Positions 1-8,354 of a stretch of 64,000 bases of DNA are shown piece by piece. Below the pieces are notes generated by a model, which was not told the origin of the DNA, made no database searches, and saw only the letters and a program-made list of their open reading frames with translations. A program made the translations under genes and the position numbers. Origin of the DNA: a virus (Duplodnaviria > Caudoviricetes); IMG/VR virus record IMGVR_UViG_3300033148_005588, positions 18,833 to 82,832 of that record. One strand, 5' to 3'. Position 1 is the stretch's first letter. Every line of letters starts with the position of its first letter.

Positions 1-43
1 AAAGGCAAACCCTACATGAGCACCAAAGCTCAGGCAAAACCTC

Positions 44-463
44 TTAGGCTTTCTGCGTACTCTTTCCATTTTTCTTGGCTCCTCTCTTTTCCCAAGTCAA
101 GACCTCTTTTGTGATGATGGTACAGTGCTCATCAATCCACATAGAGCCCAGCTTCTTGCGGATCAGCTCCACACTGGGATTTGATATCTCTATGTAGGTC
201 TGCTCTCCCACATCAGCAATAATGTCTTCTTTTGGAGGCAGCTGAGCCGTTTGCCTCTCTTTCTTTGTGAAAGCCCTGTTGCCATAGGGAACTGAGTCAC
301 CAGCATACATCAGCCGCCCCAGGCGCTCTCTCACCCTGGCAACTTCTTCTTTAGCTTTCTCCAGAAGAGACTCTTTTTTATCCAGCTCCTTAACAAGCTT
401 AGTCAAGAGCTCCTCTCTCTTAGCCACGGTTCTCCGGGAGACAATTCTTTTCTTCTTTTCCAT
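44..463 (-). CDS. Hypothetical coiled-coil protein (likely start MEKKKRIV at 463)
   Basis: ORF track; GGAGG SD at about 474-478 inside a repeated leader. Confidence 0.7.
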   Translation of the reverse strand: MEKKKRIVSRRTVAKREELLTKLVKELDKKESLLEKAKEEVARVRERLGRLMYAGDSVPYGNRAFTKKERQTAQLPPKEDIIADVGEQTYIEISNPSVELIRKKLGSMWIDEHCTIITKEVLTWEKRGAKKNGKSTQKA

Positions 464-472
464 CTCTCTATA

Positions 473-565
473 TCCTCCTTGTTTTTGGATTTGGAGCAGC
501 AGAATTAACCACTCCATTGAGCATACCACCCTGCTGTGGTGATATGCTCTAGCAGAGGTTAATCA
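473..565 (-). repeat. Intergenic leader repeat copy A (hairpin plus SD)
   Basis: Near-identical to 887-982; nested inverted repeats ATTAACC/GGTTAAT and GAGCATA/TATGCTC. Confidence 0.9.
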
Positions 566-567
566 GC

Positions 568-876
568 TTAAACTTCTACATCAAGACCCAAGCGCCTTTT
601 CTGCCCCTCTTCATTTTTCTGGTAGACAGACAAAACAAGATCACCATCACTATTAAAGATAATATTCCACCCTCTGCCTTTAATCTCTTTAAGGTATCCG
701 TCCAAAGTTGCGCTCACTCCTTGGTCAGCTAAACTATCCACAACAGCATCCAGATCGCATTTTGGGCCAGACCACCATGATCTTGTCACACCTCTCTGGC
801 GCTCATAGCTTTCTTTGATGAAACCTATACATTCCAAAGCCTCAGACACTTTTCTATATGGTGTTACTCTACCCAT
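568..876 (-). CDS. Hypothetical protein
   Basis: ORF preceded by leader copy B with GGAGG. Confidence 0.75.
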   Translation of the reverse strand: MGRVTPYRKVSEALECIGFIKESYERQRGVTRSWWSGPKCDLDAVVDSLADQGVSATLDGYLKEIKGRGWNIIFNSDGDLVLSVYQKNEEGQKRRLGLDVEV

Positions 877-886
877 CTCTTCTTAG

Positions 887-982
887 TCCTCCTTGTTTTT
901 GGATTAGGAGCAGCAGAATTAACCACTCCATTGAGCACACCACCACCACGCTGTGGTGATATGCTCTAGCAGAGGTTAATCA
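887..982 (-). repeat. Intergenic leader repeat copy B
   Basis: Direct repeat of 473-565; 873-905 is also identical to 1380-1412 (33 bp). Confidence 0.9.
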
Positions 983-1168
983 AATCTTGCAGACCTTGTA
1001 GGTGAAACGAGTTGGACTAAAGGGACTGTTCATTCTTTTGGTAAGTCTGGCTGCCTCTTTCTCAGCCTCTTCCTTATCCTCAGTTTCATAGATTTCGTCG
1101 TCTCTTTTAAGCCACGCCTCTGCATAGCCCATAAGACCGCCGCTTCTTATAGCTCTTATACGATACAT
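980..1168 (-). CDS. Hypothetical protein (likely start MYRIRAIR)
   Basis: ORF with upstream AGGAG. Confidence 0.65.
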   Translation of the reverse strand: MYRIRAIRSGGLMGYAEAWLKRDDEIYETEDKEEAEKEAARLTKRMNSPFSPTRFTYKVCKI

Positions 1169-1188
1169 AGCATCTCTTCTCCTTTCTA

Positions 1189-1383
1189 TCATCGGACCTC
1201 TACATACTTCATAGTAACCTGCAATAAATGGTCATAGTTGCCACCAAAAGCTTCTTCTGTATACTTCTTTGCCAATTCTTGGTGCCCTGCTCTTTTAAGA
1301 GCCTTTTGCACTTTGGCCAAGATAAAAAAGGCATTACCATCTTCTCCTGTCAGTTTTACTTTCACATTTGTCAACGGTTCCAT
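1189..1383 (-). CDS. Conserved small phage protein (KLTGEDGNAFFIL...NYDHLL type)
   Basis: Recognisable widespread motif; strong SD. Confidence 0.75.
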   Translation of the reverse strand: MEPLTNVKVKLTGEDGNAFFILAKVQKALKRAGHQELAKKYTEEAFGGNYDHLLQVTMKYVEVR

Positions 1384-1509
1384 CTCTTCTTAGTCCTCCT
1401 TGTTTTTGGATTTGGAAAGTTTTGAACCCTCCATAGTGTCCCCAAGCAAGCAGCAAGGCTCACTCAGGAGCACTAGCAAAGCTCAAAACAAGGAGGAGGA
1501 CATAAGAGA

Positions 1510-2084
1510 TTTTCATCACACCACAGAATGGCCTCACCTACGACCGCTTTCCCCTGGGGCCGTAACTTGCCCGTTTCCCTCAACTTACTCCCGCAGTTTC
1601 AGTGTCTACTCTTAACCAGGTGCGTGGCACCGGCACGAGCAAGTCCTAAGCTGCTTCAGTTACTCACAGCCCTCAATGTTTCTGTGGTCGGTTTACAGTT
1701 TCTCAGGACTTAGCACCAGCCACACCATCAAAAGGATGTGGCTACGGGTTGTCCACCTTCTGCCTGCCCCGCCTATTACGATAGGAGATATTTGGCTTGA
1801 CCAGGATACCTGTTTATGGATTGGCTAAAATCCCTCGATATGTTAAAAAGAGAAGAAGTCCTATCTGTCTTTCCCTCTATCTCTTACTGAATTGCCCCTC
1901 TTATCAAGGTCAGGTTTAACGTGGTAGGCTTAACCAGTACTGTCGAGAAATAATCTCTCTACCCTTCCATAGTTAAGCACAAGGCCTCAGCACCATCAGC
2001 ATTTTCTTCCTCCCCAGGCCAAGGGATTGGTTTTTTAAGGATTTAACCTCTTTTTAAGAAGGCCATCCAGTTTCTCAAAGAGCT
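1510..2084 (-). ncRNA. Candidate large structured non-coding RNA or long leader
   Basis: No credible ORF; many 5-10 bp helices and two crossing (pseudoknot) pairings; lies downstream of a sigma70-like promoter. Confidence 0.5.
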
Positions 2085-2090
2085 ATAATA

Positions 2091-2118
2091 ATTATAGTTA
2101 TTATAAGGCAAAAGTAAA
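2091..2118 (-). promoter_or_regulatory. sigma70-like promoter TTTACT-N16-TATAAT
   Basis: Minus-strand hexamers at 2113-2118 and 2091-2096; a second TATAAT at 2100-2105. Confidence 0.55.
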
Positions 2119-2374
2119 GAAAAAAAATAACATTTTTAGAAAAAAATATATTAACGATTTCAATAAGTTATAAAAAAAAATTAGGTTTAAACGCACTAGA
2201 ACCTGTTTCTTAATAACCTATTGAATTCATTAAGGAAATTAGATTCTGGCATTATGTTAACTCATTGATTTTACTAAGGTTTAATAGAAGACTCCAAAAA
2301 CAAGAGAAGCTAGGTTAAAGTGCTGAGATTACTTGATATTCTTTTGAGGAAACGTAACCTACTGGAATTATTAT

Positions 2375-2397
2375 AATAGCCGTGATTCGGCTATTTT
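2375..2397. terminator. Hairpin AATAGCCG-TGATT-CGGCTATT, possible bidirectional terminator
   Basis: Perfect 8-bp inverted repeat with AT-rich flanks. Confidence 0.5.
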
Positions 2398-2428
2398 AGT
2401 CCTAACCTCCCCTCCCCTTTCTCTTCTT

Positions 2429-2465
2429 AAAAAAGCCTAAGAGCATCACGAAACGGGCGTCAGGC
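2429..2465 (-). terminator. Possible intrinsic terminator after primase
   Basis: GCCTGA...TTAGGC stem followed by TTTTTT on the minus strand, just after the stop codon; inner pairing is weak. Confidence 0.45.
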
Positions 2466-2469
2466 ACGC

Positions 2470-3435
2470 TCATTCTACATACCTTACAGCATGCTTTTTC
2501 TCCACTAGGAGAAACCTTTGCTTGCCCAAAGAGGCAACATCCTGCTCGGGGGGCAGCTTAACCACAGTTATGTCTTCAAAGAAGGCACTCATCTCACTAG
2601 CAATATCCATAGCCCTAACATAAGCATCACCATCAAGAGCTATGCGGAGGCTGCTCACTCCCTCATAAGCAGCCAAGTGGCTCAAAAGCCCCACCTGCCA
2701 CCGACTGATCTTATTTGTAAACAAGGCTAAAGTGCAATCATCATCCAGAGCCCAAACGTCAGTTACTCCCTCTACCACTCTCACAAACCCATGAGAGCTG
2801 TCAAAGAAGTCCCATGCGTAGAGGCATTGCCTGGGACTCTTCTTGCTCTCACTAATGGGGCAATTCAAGTACCTAAGCTCACTCTGCCCAAGGTAGTCTC
2901 TGCCAAGGTAAGTGACTAGCTCTCCTTCATAGTACACAGGCACAATAATGCGGCCTGTGTATTTGCCTGATGGGCAAAAACAAAGACCATACTTCTCTGC
3001 AAGATGCGCAGGGTCAAAGCCCCTAGAAGAGAGATAGGATGAAGCCTTGCGCTTGTGAGCTTTGAAGTATGTTTTGCTGTGGAAGGTTTCTGCCTCTTCT
3101 GGTAGGGAGACTTTTCTTCTTGGTTTGACTAGGGGCGGGGCGTCTGGCTCTGGGAGCCCCACCTCGTCACTGAACTCTTTGGCGATGGCTTTTGCCTCCC
3201 GGAAAGAGCAGCCCTCTATGGTCATAATTAAGTCATACAGGGACGGGCGCCGATCAAGATGGGCAAAATTACAAAGCCAGCAATTGAGCAAGCCCTTGCT
3301 CTTGTGGATGCCTAAGTGCTTTCTTGTCTCTCCGCAAAAAGGGCAGTCGATGTTCACATCGTTTGAGCCGACATTGTCCCCTGACTCTCTGTAGTCAATA
3401 CCCCGTGAGTCTAAATACCCAATTACATCAAACAC
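2470..3435 (-). CDS. DNA primase (N-terminal Zn finger plus TOPRIM)
   Basis: CPFC...CWLC Zn finger; RIIVPV, GR; VVEGVTD; DGD TOPRIM motifs. Confidence 0.9.
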   Translation of the reverse strand: MFDVIGYLDSRGIDYRESGDNVGSNDVNIDCPFCGETRKHLGIHKSKGLLNCWLCNFAHLDRRPSLYDLIMTIEGCSFREAKAIAKEFSDEVGLPEPDAPPLVKPRRKVSLPEEAETFHSKTYFKAHKRKASSYLSSRGFDPAHLAEKYGLCFCPSGKYTGRIIVPVYYEGELVTYLGRDYLGQSELRYLNCPISESKKSPRQCLYAWDFFDSSHGFVRVVEGVTDVWALDDDCTLALFTNKISRWQVGLLSHLAAYEGVSSLRIALDGDAYVRAMDIASEMSAFFEDITVVKLPPEQDVASLGKQRFLLVEKKHAVRYVE

Positions 3436-5017
3436 TCTTTTCCTCCTGCCCCCTTAGCACTCTCTTGAATTCTTCATAGCTCAGAGTTTTGTAGAAAACA
3501 TCAACCCCTTTTCTCAGTCTGTGCACTATGGTGTTTTCAATAGTGTTGGCCCCTATAAGGTCATAGTAAAACACTCTGCGTGCTCGTTGAGTCTTTCTAT
3601 GAATACGCTTCTCACATTGTAGCCTGTTGATCACTTTGTCTCCATTAGAGAAGAACACACAATAAGTGGCAGAGACAAGATTTATGCTTGCCCCGCCGCT
3701 CAAGGGATGGGCTATGACCACTCGACAGTCTCTCTCTTCTTCAAACCTGCGTATGTGTGCGTGCTTGTCTTTTGTTCTACCACCTAAAACAGCATACCCA
3801 ACACCCATCTTCTTCAAAAGAGACTCTATAAACACCTCCTCCATTATGAACTCGTGGAATATGACCACCTTGTGTTCAGAGACCAACCCCTCCAGTAAGT
3901 CCTCCAGCAAGTCCAGCTTGGGGTTTGACTTAAAGACAAAGTTGCTCTTCTTGATGAAGCCAGAGCAAATTTGCCTAAAGACCATGGACTTGTTTGCTGC
4001 ATCCATTCTCTTGAACCTCTGGCTTGCCACCTTGAGCAAATCCTCTGTGGCCTTGGAGTAAGCTTCCTCCTGCTCCCGGGACAAGGTATACTTAACCACT
4101 CTGTACACTTTGTCAGGCAGATCAGCTACTTCTGACTCAGAGTACCGTATGGCCTTGGAGTAGAGCTTGGATTGGAGTATGCGCAGACCTCGCTCAGATG
4201 GTGCATAGTTAGGAATCCAAATGCCCCTTGACTCCAGTAAACGACCCCTGTCTTCAAAGTAAATGTCTCTGTATTTGGAGAAACTTGATGCGAAAGTCTT
4301 GCCTCTGTCTAATAGGTAGTATTGGGCCCAGAGGTCTAGCAAACTATTGCCAAAGGGGGTGCCTGTCAGCAGCAGCCTGAAAGGTATTCTGGCTCCCAGA
4401 GTGGCTAGGATTCTAAAGTTGCGGCTTGTAGGAGACTTGACTTTGTGGCTTTCGTCAACAACCAGAGCGTCAAACTTCACCGCCAGCAACCTCTTAACAC
4501 AAGAGCGGTCAATCTTCGTTCTGTGCCTTACCTTTGCCCCTTTGGGAAGCTTGCGCCTGCGACTCAGAGCTGCCCTCAGCCCCTCATAAGACATTATAAA
4601 GAAGTTGGAGGAGGCCGACATCTCTTCCACCAAGCCTAGCCTGTCCTTGCCCCTAACGCACAATGGGCGCAGCTGGGAATGGAGCCTAACCTCATCGGCC
4701 CAATTTTCAACAGCACTGTTAAGGCACACCACCAAGACCTTAACCTTGCCCTTGCTGGCGTGGAAAACAAAATCAATATACCGACAGACATCAATAGCGA
4801 CTTTTGTTTTGCCGACCCCCATATCGGACGTGTCGGCAAAACCATCAATCTTCACCGGCACCAGTCTTTTCTCTTTTTTCTCAGGAGAGAGGCAAGCAAT
4901 AGCGGCCAAAAAGCTTGCCAATTGGTTTGTCCACGGCCTTGTATGAAAGGAAAAGCCTCTAGGAACAATCTTTTCTAGTTCTTTCCTAGAGAGAAGTTTT
5001 ATATCATTCCAGTTCAT
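3428..5017 (-). CDS. SNF2-like SF2 helicase/ATPase
   Basis: DMGVGKT Walker A, VVDESH, LTGTP, GGASINL, Q..KRIHR motif VI. Confidence 0.9.
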   Translation of the reverse strand: MNWNDIKLLSRKELEKIVPRGFSFHTRPWTNQLASFLAAIACLSPEKKEKRLVPVKIDGFADTSDMGVGKTKVAIDVCRYIDFVFHASKGKVKVLVVCLNSAVENWADEVRLHSQLRPLCVRGKDRLGLVEEMSASSNFFIMSYEGLRAALSRRRKLPKGAKVRHRTKIDRSCVKRLLAVKFDALVVDESHKVKSPTSRNFRILATLGARIPFRLLLTGTPFGNSLLDLWAQYYLLDRGKTFASSFSKYRDIYFEDRGRLLESRGIWIPNYAPSERGLRILQSKLYSKAIRYSESEVADLPDKVYRVVKYTLSREQEEAYSKATEDLLKVASQRFKRMDAANKSMVFRQICSGFIKKSNFVFKSNPKLDLLEDLLEGLVSEHKVVIFHEFIMEEVFIESLLKKMGVGYAVLGGRTKDKHAHIRRFEEERDCRVVIAHPLSGGASINLVSATYCVFFSNGDKVINRLQCEKRIHRKTQRARRVFYYDLIGANTIENTIVHRLRKGVDVFYKTLSYEEFKRVLRGQEEKSV

Positions 5018-6401
5018 CAGATTCCTGCGAGGCAGCTTCTCTTAACAACTCTCTGTACTCAAGCCAGTTATACAAACCCCAATCAAGGACAAATTGCCCT
5101 ATGCGAAAGTCTCTCTTTATCCAAACTCTGGTTCCAAACGGGCCATCTGTGTTCTTGAACAGAAACAGCCTGGCAAAGCCCTTTTGTGCCTCTAGGGCGA
5201 AATCTCCGTCTTGCCTAGAGATAGTGTTTATACTGATGCCTACAGTGGCTTTTCTCACTTTGTTTATGTCTTCCCCTACATTACCAGAAGAGAGCCAAAG
5301 CTTGTGCTCGGCTTTTCTTTGGGCTTGGGTTGTGGTACAGATACAGACATCATTCTCTTCCTCTTTGGCGTAGTTCTTTAGCCATGTGTATGTGGCAGTG
5401 TGCCTTTCTATTTTTTCTCTGTATCGGCCCTCTGGGGGAGTAAAGTCGTCTGCAGAATCAATCATTACAAAGCGGGGGCGTCTGCCATATTTCTTCTCCA
5501 CCTTGTCCAAGATATTAGGCAACTCATCAACTCTCATACTCTTCTCATCATCACTCAGCAGAATCACATTACTCTTCTTGACCATGCTCTTCTCCACCAC
5601 CTCTGAAGCTCGTCTTGAGTCTTGCCTGATCTCTCGGGAAGTCATCCCGGTGAAGCACATTCTCAAACGCAGTCTTACTTGTCGGTTACTGCGCTCCAAG
5701 TCTATCAGCAAAGGTGTTTCGCCGAGGCGTGCTGCATGTTTAACAAGATGGCTTGCGCACCAAGACTTACCTACACTTGTGTAGCCAAGAACCAAGATAA
5801 AAGAACCCACGCACAAGCCTCCACCCAGCGCTCTATCAAGAGCCGGAATATTGAACCTAGAGACAGCATCTCGCTCCTGGTCAAGAGGAGACTCCAGCAA
5901 GGACTCTATCTCGCTTGTGCCTGTTCTCTCTTCTACCTCTCTCAGGGCAGTGCGCACTTTTACAAGAGCCTGATTTGGGTCAAAGCTCGGTATCTCTGTC
6001 TCCCTCGCAAGAGAGGAAGTCAGATTGTGAACTATTCTTCTCTTAATGAAAGTGTCAATCTGGTCTAAGAAGAACAACGTATTGGCAGAAGCCTCCCTAC
6101 CGACAAACTCAAGCTTGCCGAGAAAGGCTATGTACTTCTCTTGATCCTCTTCTCTTATTAGAGGGGAGCGGCTCGCTATGACCTCTCCTATGGTCTCTAT
6201 GAGATTGTTTATGCCTGGTGCAGCAAAAAACTTCTTGTAGTGGCTTATGGCTAGTCTTGCTATGGTTTGGCGTACAGAAGAGGAAAAATACTCAGGTTTT
6301 ATCTTTCTCCTGACGCACTGTTCAAGAAACTTTGAATCTGTAACCATCAAGCAGATGATTTGAGTTTGCGCATCTCTCCCTAACTCAAATTTCGCAGACA
6401 T
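5004..6401 (-). CDS. DnaB-like (SF4) replicative helicase
   Basis: GYTSVGKS Walker A, MIDSAD Walker B, TTTQ, KNTDGPFG C-terminus. Confidence 0.85.
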   Translation of the reverse strand: MSAKFELGRDAQTQIICLMVTDSKFLEQCVRRKIKPEYFSSSVRQTIARLAISHYKKFFAAPGINNLIETIGEVIASRSPLIREEDQEKYIAFLGKLEFVGREASANTLFFLDQIDTFIKRRIVHNLTSSLARETEIPSFDPNQALVKVRTALREVEERTGTSEIESLLESPLDQERDAVSRFNIPALDRALGGGLCVGSFILVLGYTSVGKSWCASHLVKHAARLGETPLLIDLERSNRQVRLRLRMCFTGMTSREIRQDSRRASEVVEKSMVKKSNVILLSDDEKSMRVDELPNILDKVEKKYGRRPRFVMIDSADDFTPPEGRYREKIERHTATYTWLKNYAKEEENDVCICTTTQAQRKAEHKLWLSSGNVGEDINKVRKATVGISINTISRQDGDFALEAQKGFARLFLFKNTDGPFGTRVWIKRDFRIGQFVLDWGLYNWLEYRELLREAASQESDELE

Positions 6402-6451
6402 CTCTTCATCTCTCTCCTCTTTCTCTCTCTCTCTCTTTCGAGGGCGCTGTG

Positions 6452-7018
6452 CTAGATATCAACAATCTCCACTTGGCACCGTTTGGCCTTCTGTCTCTCC
6501 CTGAACCTTTGAGGAGATTGTCTCTTGATGATTGCCTTGATCTTTTTCTTTAGGCTTTCTTTGTCCCCATCGAAAGACACTCCCCAATACTCTTCGTCGT
6601 GTTGATCTTCCCAAGAGGAAATCCATTCTTCAAACACAATACAGTTTCTGGCCGTTGGGGCCAATTGCCTCAAGTAAGGAGTTATTTTTTTTAAAGGTTT
6701 GCCGTATCGCTGGTAGGATTCATATATGGAGCAAAAATAGTCCCTCGCCAATATCTCTAAGGGAATAGAAGAATCATTCTCTTTCTTCAAAGACTCAAGA
6801 TACTCCACAATAGAACAAAGCAAGTTGTAGTAGACGCTGCTTCTGGAGGAATCTACAAGCTTTGACGCAAAGCGTTTGTAACTGACTGGCTTGTGACTAA
6901 ATTGAGGCTCTACATCATCAGACAGCACTCTCAGCAGCAGCATCACTTTTGGCTTCATGAGACGGTATCTGGCTTGGCGCAGGGTGCTGTTTCTTCTTAC
7001 TCTTTCCGTTCTGTCCAT
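6452..7018 (-). CDS. Hypothetical protein, first gene of the replication operon
   Basis: ORF with GAGGAGG SD; position only. Confidence 0.65.
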   Translation of the reverse strand: MDRTERVRRNSTLRQARYRLMKPKVMLLLRVLSDDVEPQFSHKPVSYKRFASKLVDSSRSSVYYNLLCSIVEYLESLKKENDSSIPLEILARDYFCSIYESYQRYGKPLKKITPYLRQLAPTARNCIVFEEWISSWEDQHDEEYWGVSFDGDKESLKKKIKAIIKRQSPQRFRERQKAKRCQVEIVDI

Positions 7019-7045
7019 AGCCTCCTCTCTCTCTATTAACAAAAC

Positions 7046-7141
7046 GAATAGGAGAGAGGGGAGGAGACAGGAACAAGGAGGAAGTCCTGTCTGTACTATT
7101 TTTGTGGTCTTACCACAACTCTCCCCTTTACTCTCCTATTC
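7046..7141 (-). promoter_or_regulatory. Branched stem-loop 5' UTR element with an anti-SD loop
   Basis: Helices 7046-56/7131-41, 7057-63/7121-27, 7065-72/7085-92 and 7102-08/7112-18. Confidence 0.65.
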
Positions 7142-7163
7142 TCTCTCCCACCGAGCTGCTTAT

Positions 7164-7191
7164 ATTATAAGCCAAAACGGTAGAAAATCAA
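7164..7191 (-). promoter_or_regulatory. sigma70-like promoter TTGATT-N16-TATAAT for the replication genes
   Basis: Hexamers in the intergenic gap. Confidence 0.55.
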
Positions 7192-7209
7192 ACAGCCAAT
7201 CAACTCTTT

Positions 7210-7512
7210 CTAGTGATGGCGAGGATTGTCCATCCTCTTGCTGAGTCCTATAGCTTGAGCTTCAAGAAGTCTTTGTATTTTTGCGTCAATGTTCAGGATC
7301 AATTGATACAACCTATCTTGATCTTTCATGTATTGATCCCTGAGAACAAATCCCTTAGACAGGTCTGTTATGCGTTGGGCATTGCGACTTGACTCAACCT
7401 TTGACCATCCAGAGACAAAAGTCAACAGAGCTATGAGAAAGTAGACTAAATACGTCAGCCACTTAGTCCCATTGTAAGTGCTGCTGTTTATCCTGTTATC
7501 AGGACTCGTCAT
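7210..7512 (-). CDS. Single-TM membrane protein (possible lysis accessory)
   Basis: WLTYLVYFLIALLTFVSGW TM segment plus coiled coil; within the lysis region. Confidence 0.5.
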   Translation of the reverse strand: MTSPDNRINSSTYNGTKWLTYLVYFLIALLTFVSGWSKVESSRNAQRITDLSKGFVLRDQYMKDQDRLYQLILNIDAKIQRLLEAQAIGLSKRMDNPRHH

Positions 7513-7702
7513 CTTTTGAAGGCTCCTTTCTTCTTGCTATCACAGCCAAACCGTCTTCAATTGCTCCGCACCGATGGGCAATTCTGCCAATAATGTGATC
7601 TAGTTCTAGTTTTTTCTTCTCAAGCTGATTGCACAAAGACCTAATGCTGGAGATACCGTTAAGTGTGACGTGGCAAAGCTCATCAAATTCTTTCTTATCC
7701 AT
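7499..7702 (-). CDS. Hypothetical protein
   Basis: ORF with SD. Confidence 0.6.
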   Translation of the reverse strand: MDKKEFDELCHVTLNGISSIRSLCNQLEKKKLELDHIIGRIAHRCGAIEDGLAVIARRKEPSKDDES

Positions 7703-7740
7703 ATCGTCACCCTTCCCTCCTCTCTCTCTCTTTCTTTGTT

Positions 7741-8352
7741 TTATACTGCTATCTTAGCATTACCATCTCTAAGGCGCATCAAGAATTTCGCCATACGCCG
7801 ATCGCAAAACCACCAGGTGACAGAAGAGACAGTCAAGTATAGAATTGTCATAACCAACTGGTCAAGTAAAGCTGTAGCTTTTGCTGCGTCTAGGGCGCCG
7901 CCAGTATTGTGGACAGCTTCCCATACCAATATAGTAAGCCACGTACTAGCACCAACTAAATAATAAGTCAGAACAGGACGAGCAGCTCTTCTCAGCACAT
8001 CCACAAGAGCAAACAAAAGGCCCACTAGGGCTGGGGCCCACACCCTGGCCCATCGGCTCTCTGTGAGATACTTCATGTATGATTCTTGGAACAAGTCTTT
8101 GGATAAACCTTCATAAGACTTAGCCAGGGCTTCTGTCTCTGCTTTGCGCACCTCTCCCTCTGTTTGGGCCTCTACAACCTTTATCTTAGCCTTTTGCTCC
8201 TGGATCATACTCTGAGTCTCAGCCTCAATTCGTTTTAGTTCGTGTTCGTTCTTCATTTTCTGCATCTTGTAACTGGTGTATGCTGTTATGGCAGAGCCAG
8301 CCAATCCAGTAATGGCCCCAAAAACTCCTGATCCTAATAAACCGCTTAACAT
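7741..8352 (-). CDS. Holin-like protein (3TM, GTA-holin type)
   Basis: Gly-rich N-terminus, coiled coil, DVLRRAARPVLTY and TWWFCDRR motifs; next to the putative endolysin. Confidence 0.65.
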   Translation of the reverse strand: MLSGLLGSGVFGAITGLAGSAITAYTSYKMQKMKNEHELKRIEAETQSMIQEQKAKIKVVEAQTEGEVRKAETEALAKSYEGLSKDLFQESYMKYLTESRWARVWAPALVGLLFALVDVLRRAARPVLTYYLVGASTWLTILVWEAVHNTGGALDAAKATALLDQLVMTILYLTVSSVTWWFCDRRMAKFLMRLRDGNAKIAV

Positions 8353-8354
8353 GG

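Larger units (their letters stand above)
2040..2400. repeat. AT-rich region with about 20-bp iteron-like repeats (candidate replication origin)
   Basis: TAACCTATTGAATTCATTAA at 2214-2233, TAACTCATTGATTTTACTAA at 2258-2277, an inverted copy at 2151-2170 and a degenerate copy at about 2355; poly-A tracts. Confidence 0.5.

Noticed and set aside
473-982. Repeat-spacer-repeat layout suggesting CRISPR or integron attC sites
   Set aside because: Repeats are about 95 bp, separated by whole genes and contain SDs; there are no cas genes or integron integrase, and no GTTRRRY core ends
1637-1715. CAAGTCCTAAG resembles the group I intron P6 region
   Set aside because: No P7 (GACUA/UAGUC) or other core elements and no interrupted gene; explained as one arm of a helix in the candidate ncRNA
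6400-6450. CT/GA microsatellite-like tracts here and in other gaps
   Set aside because: They reflect purine-rich SD and spacer sequence on the coding strand throughout the genome, not a distinct repeat element
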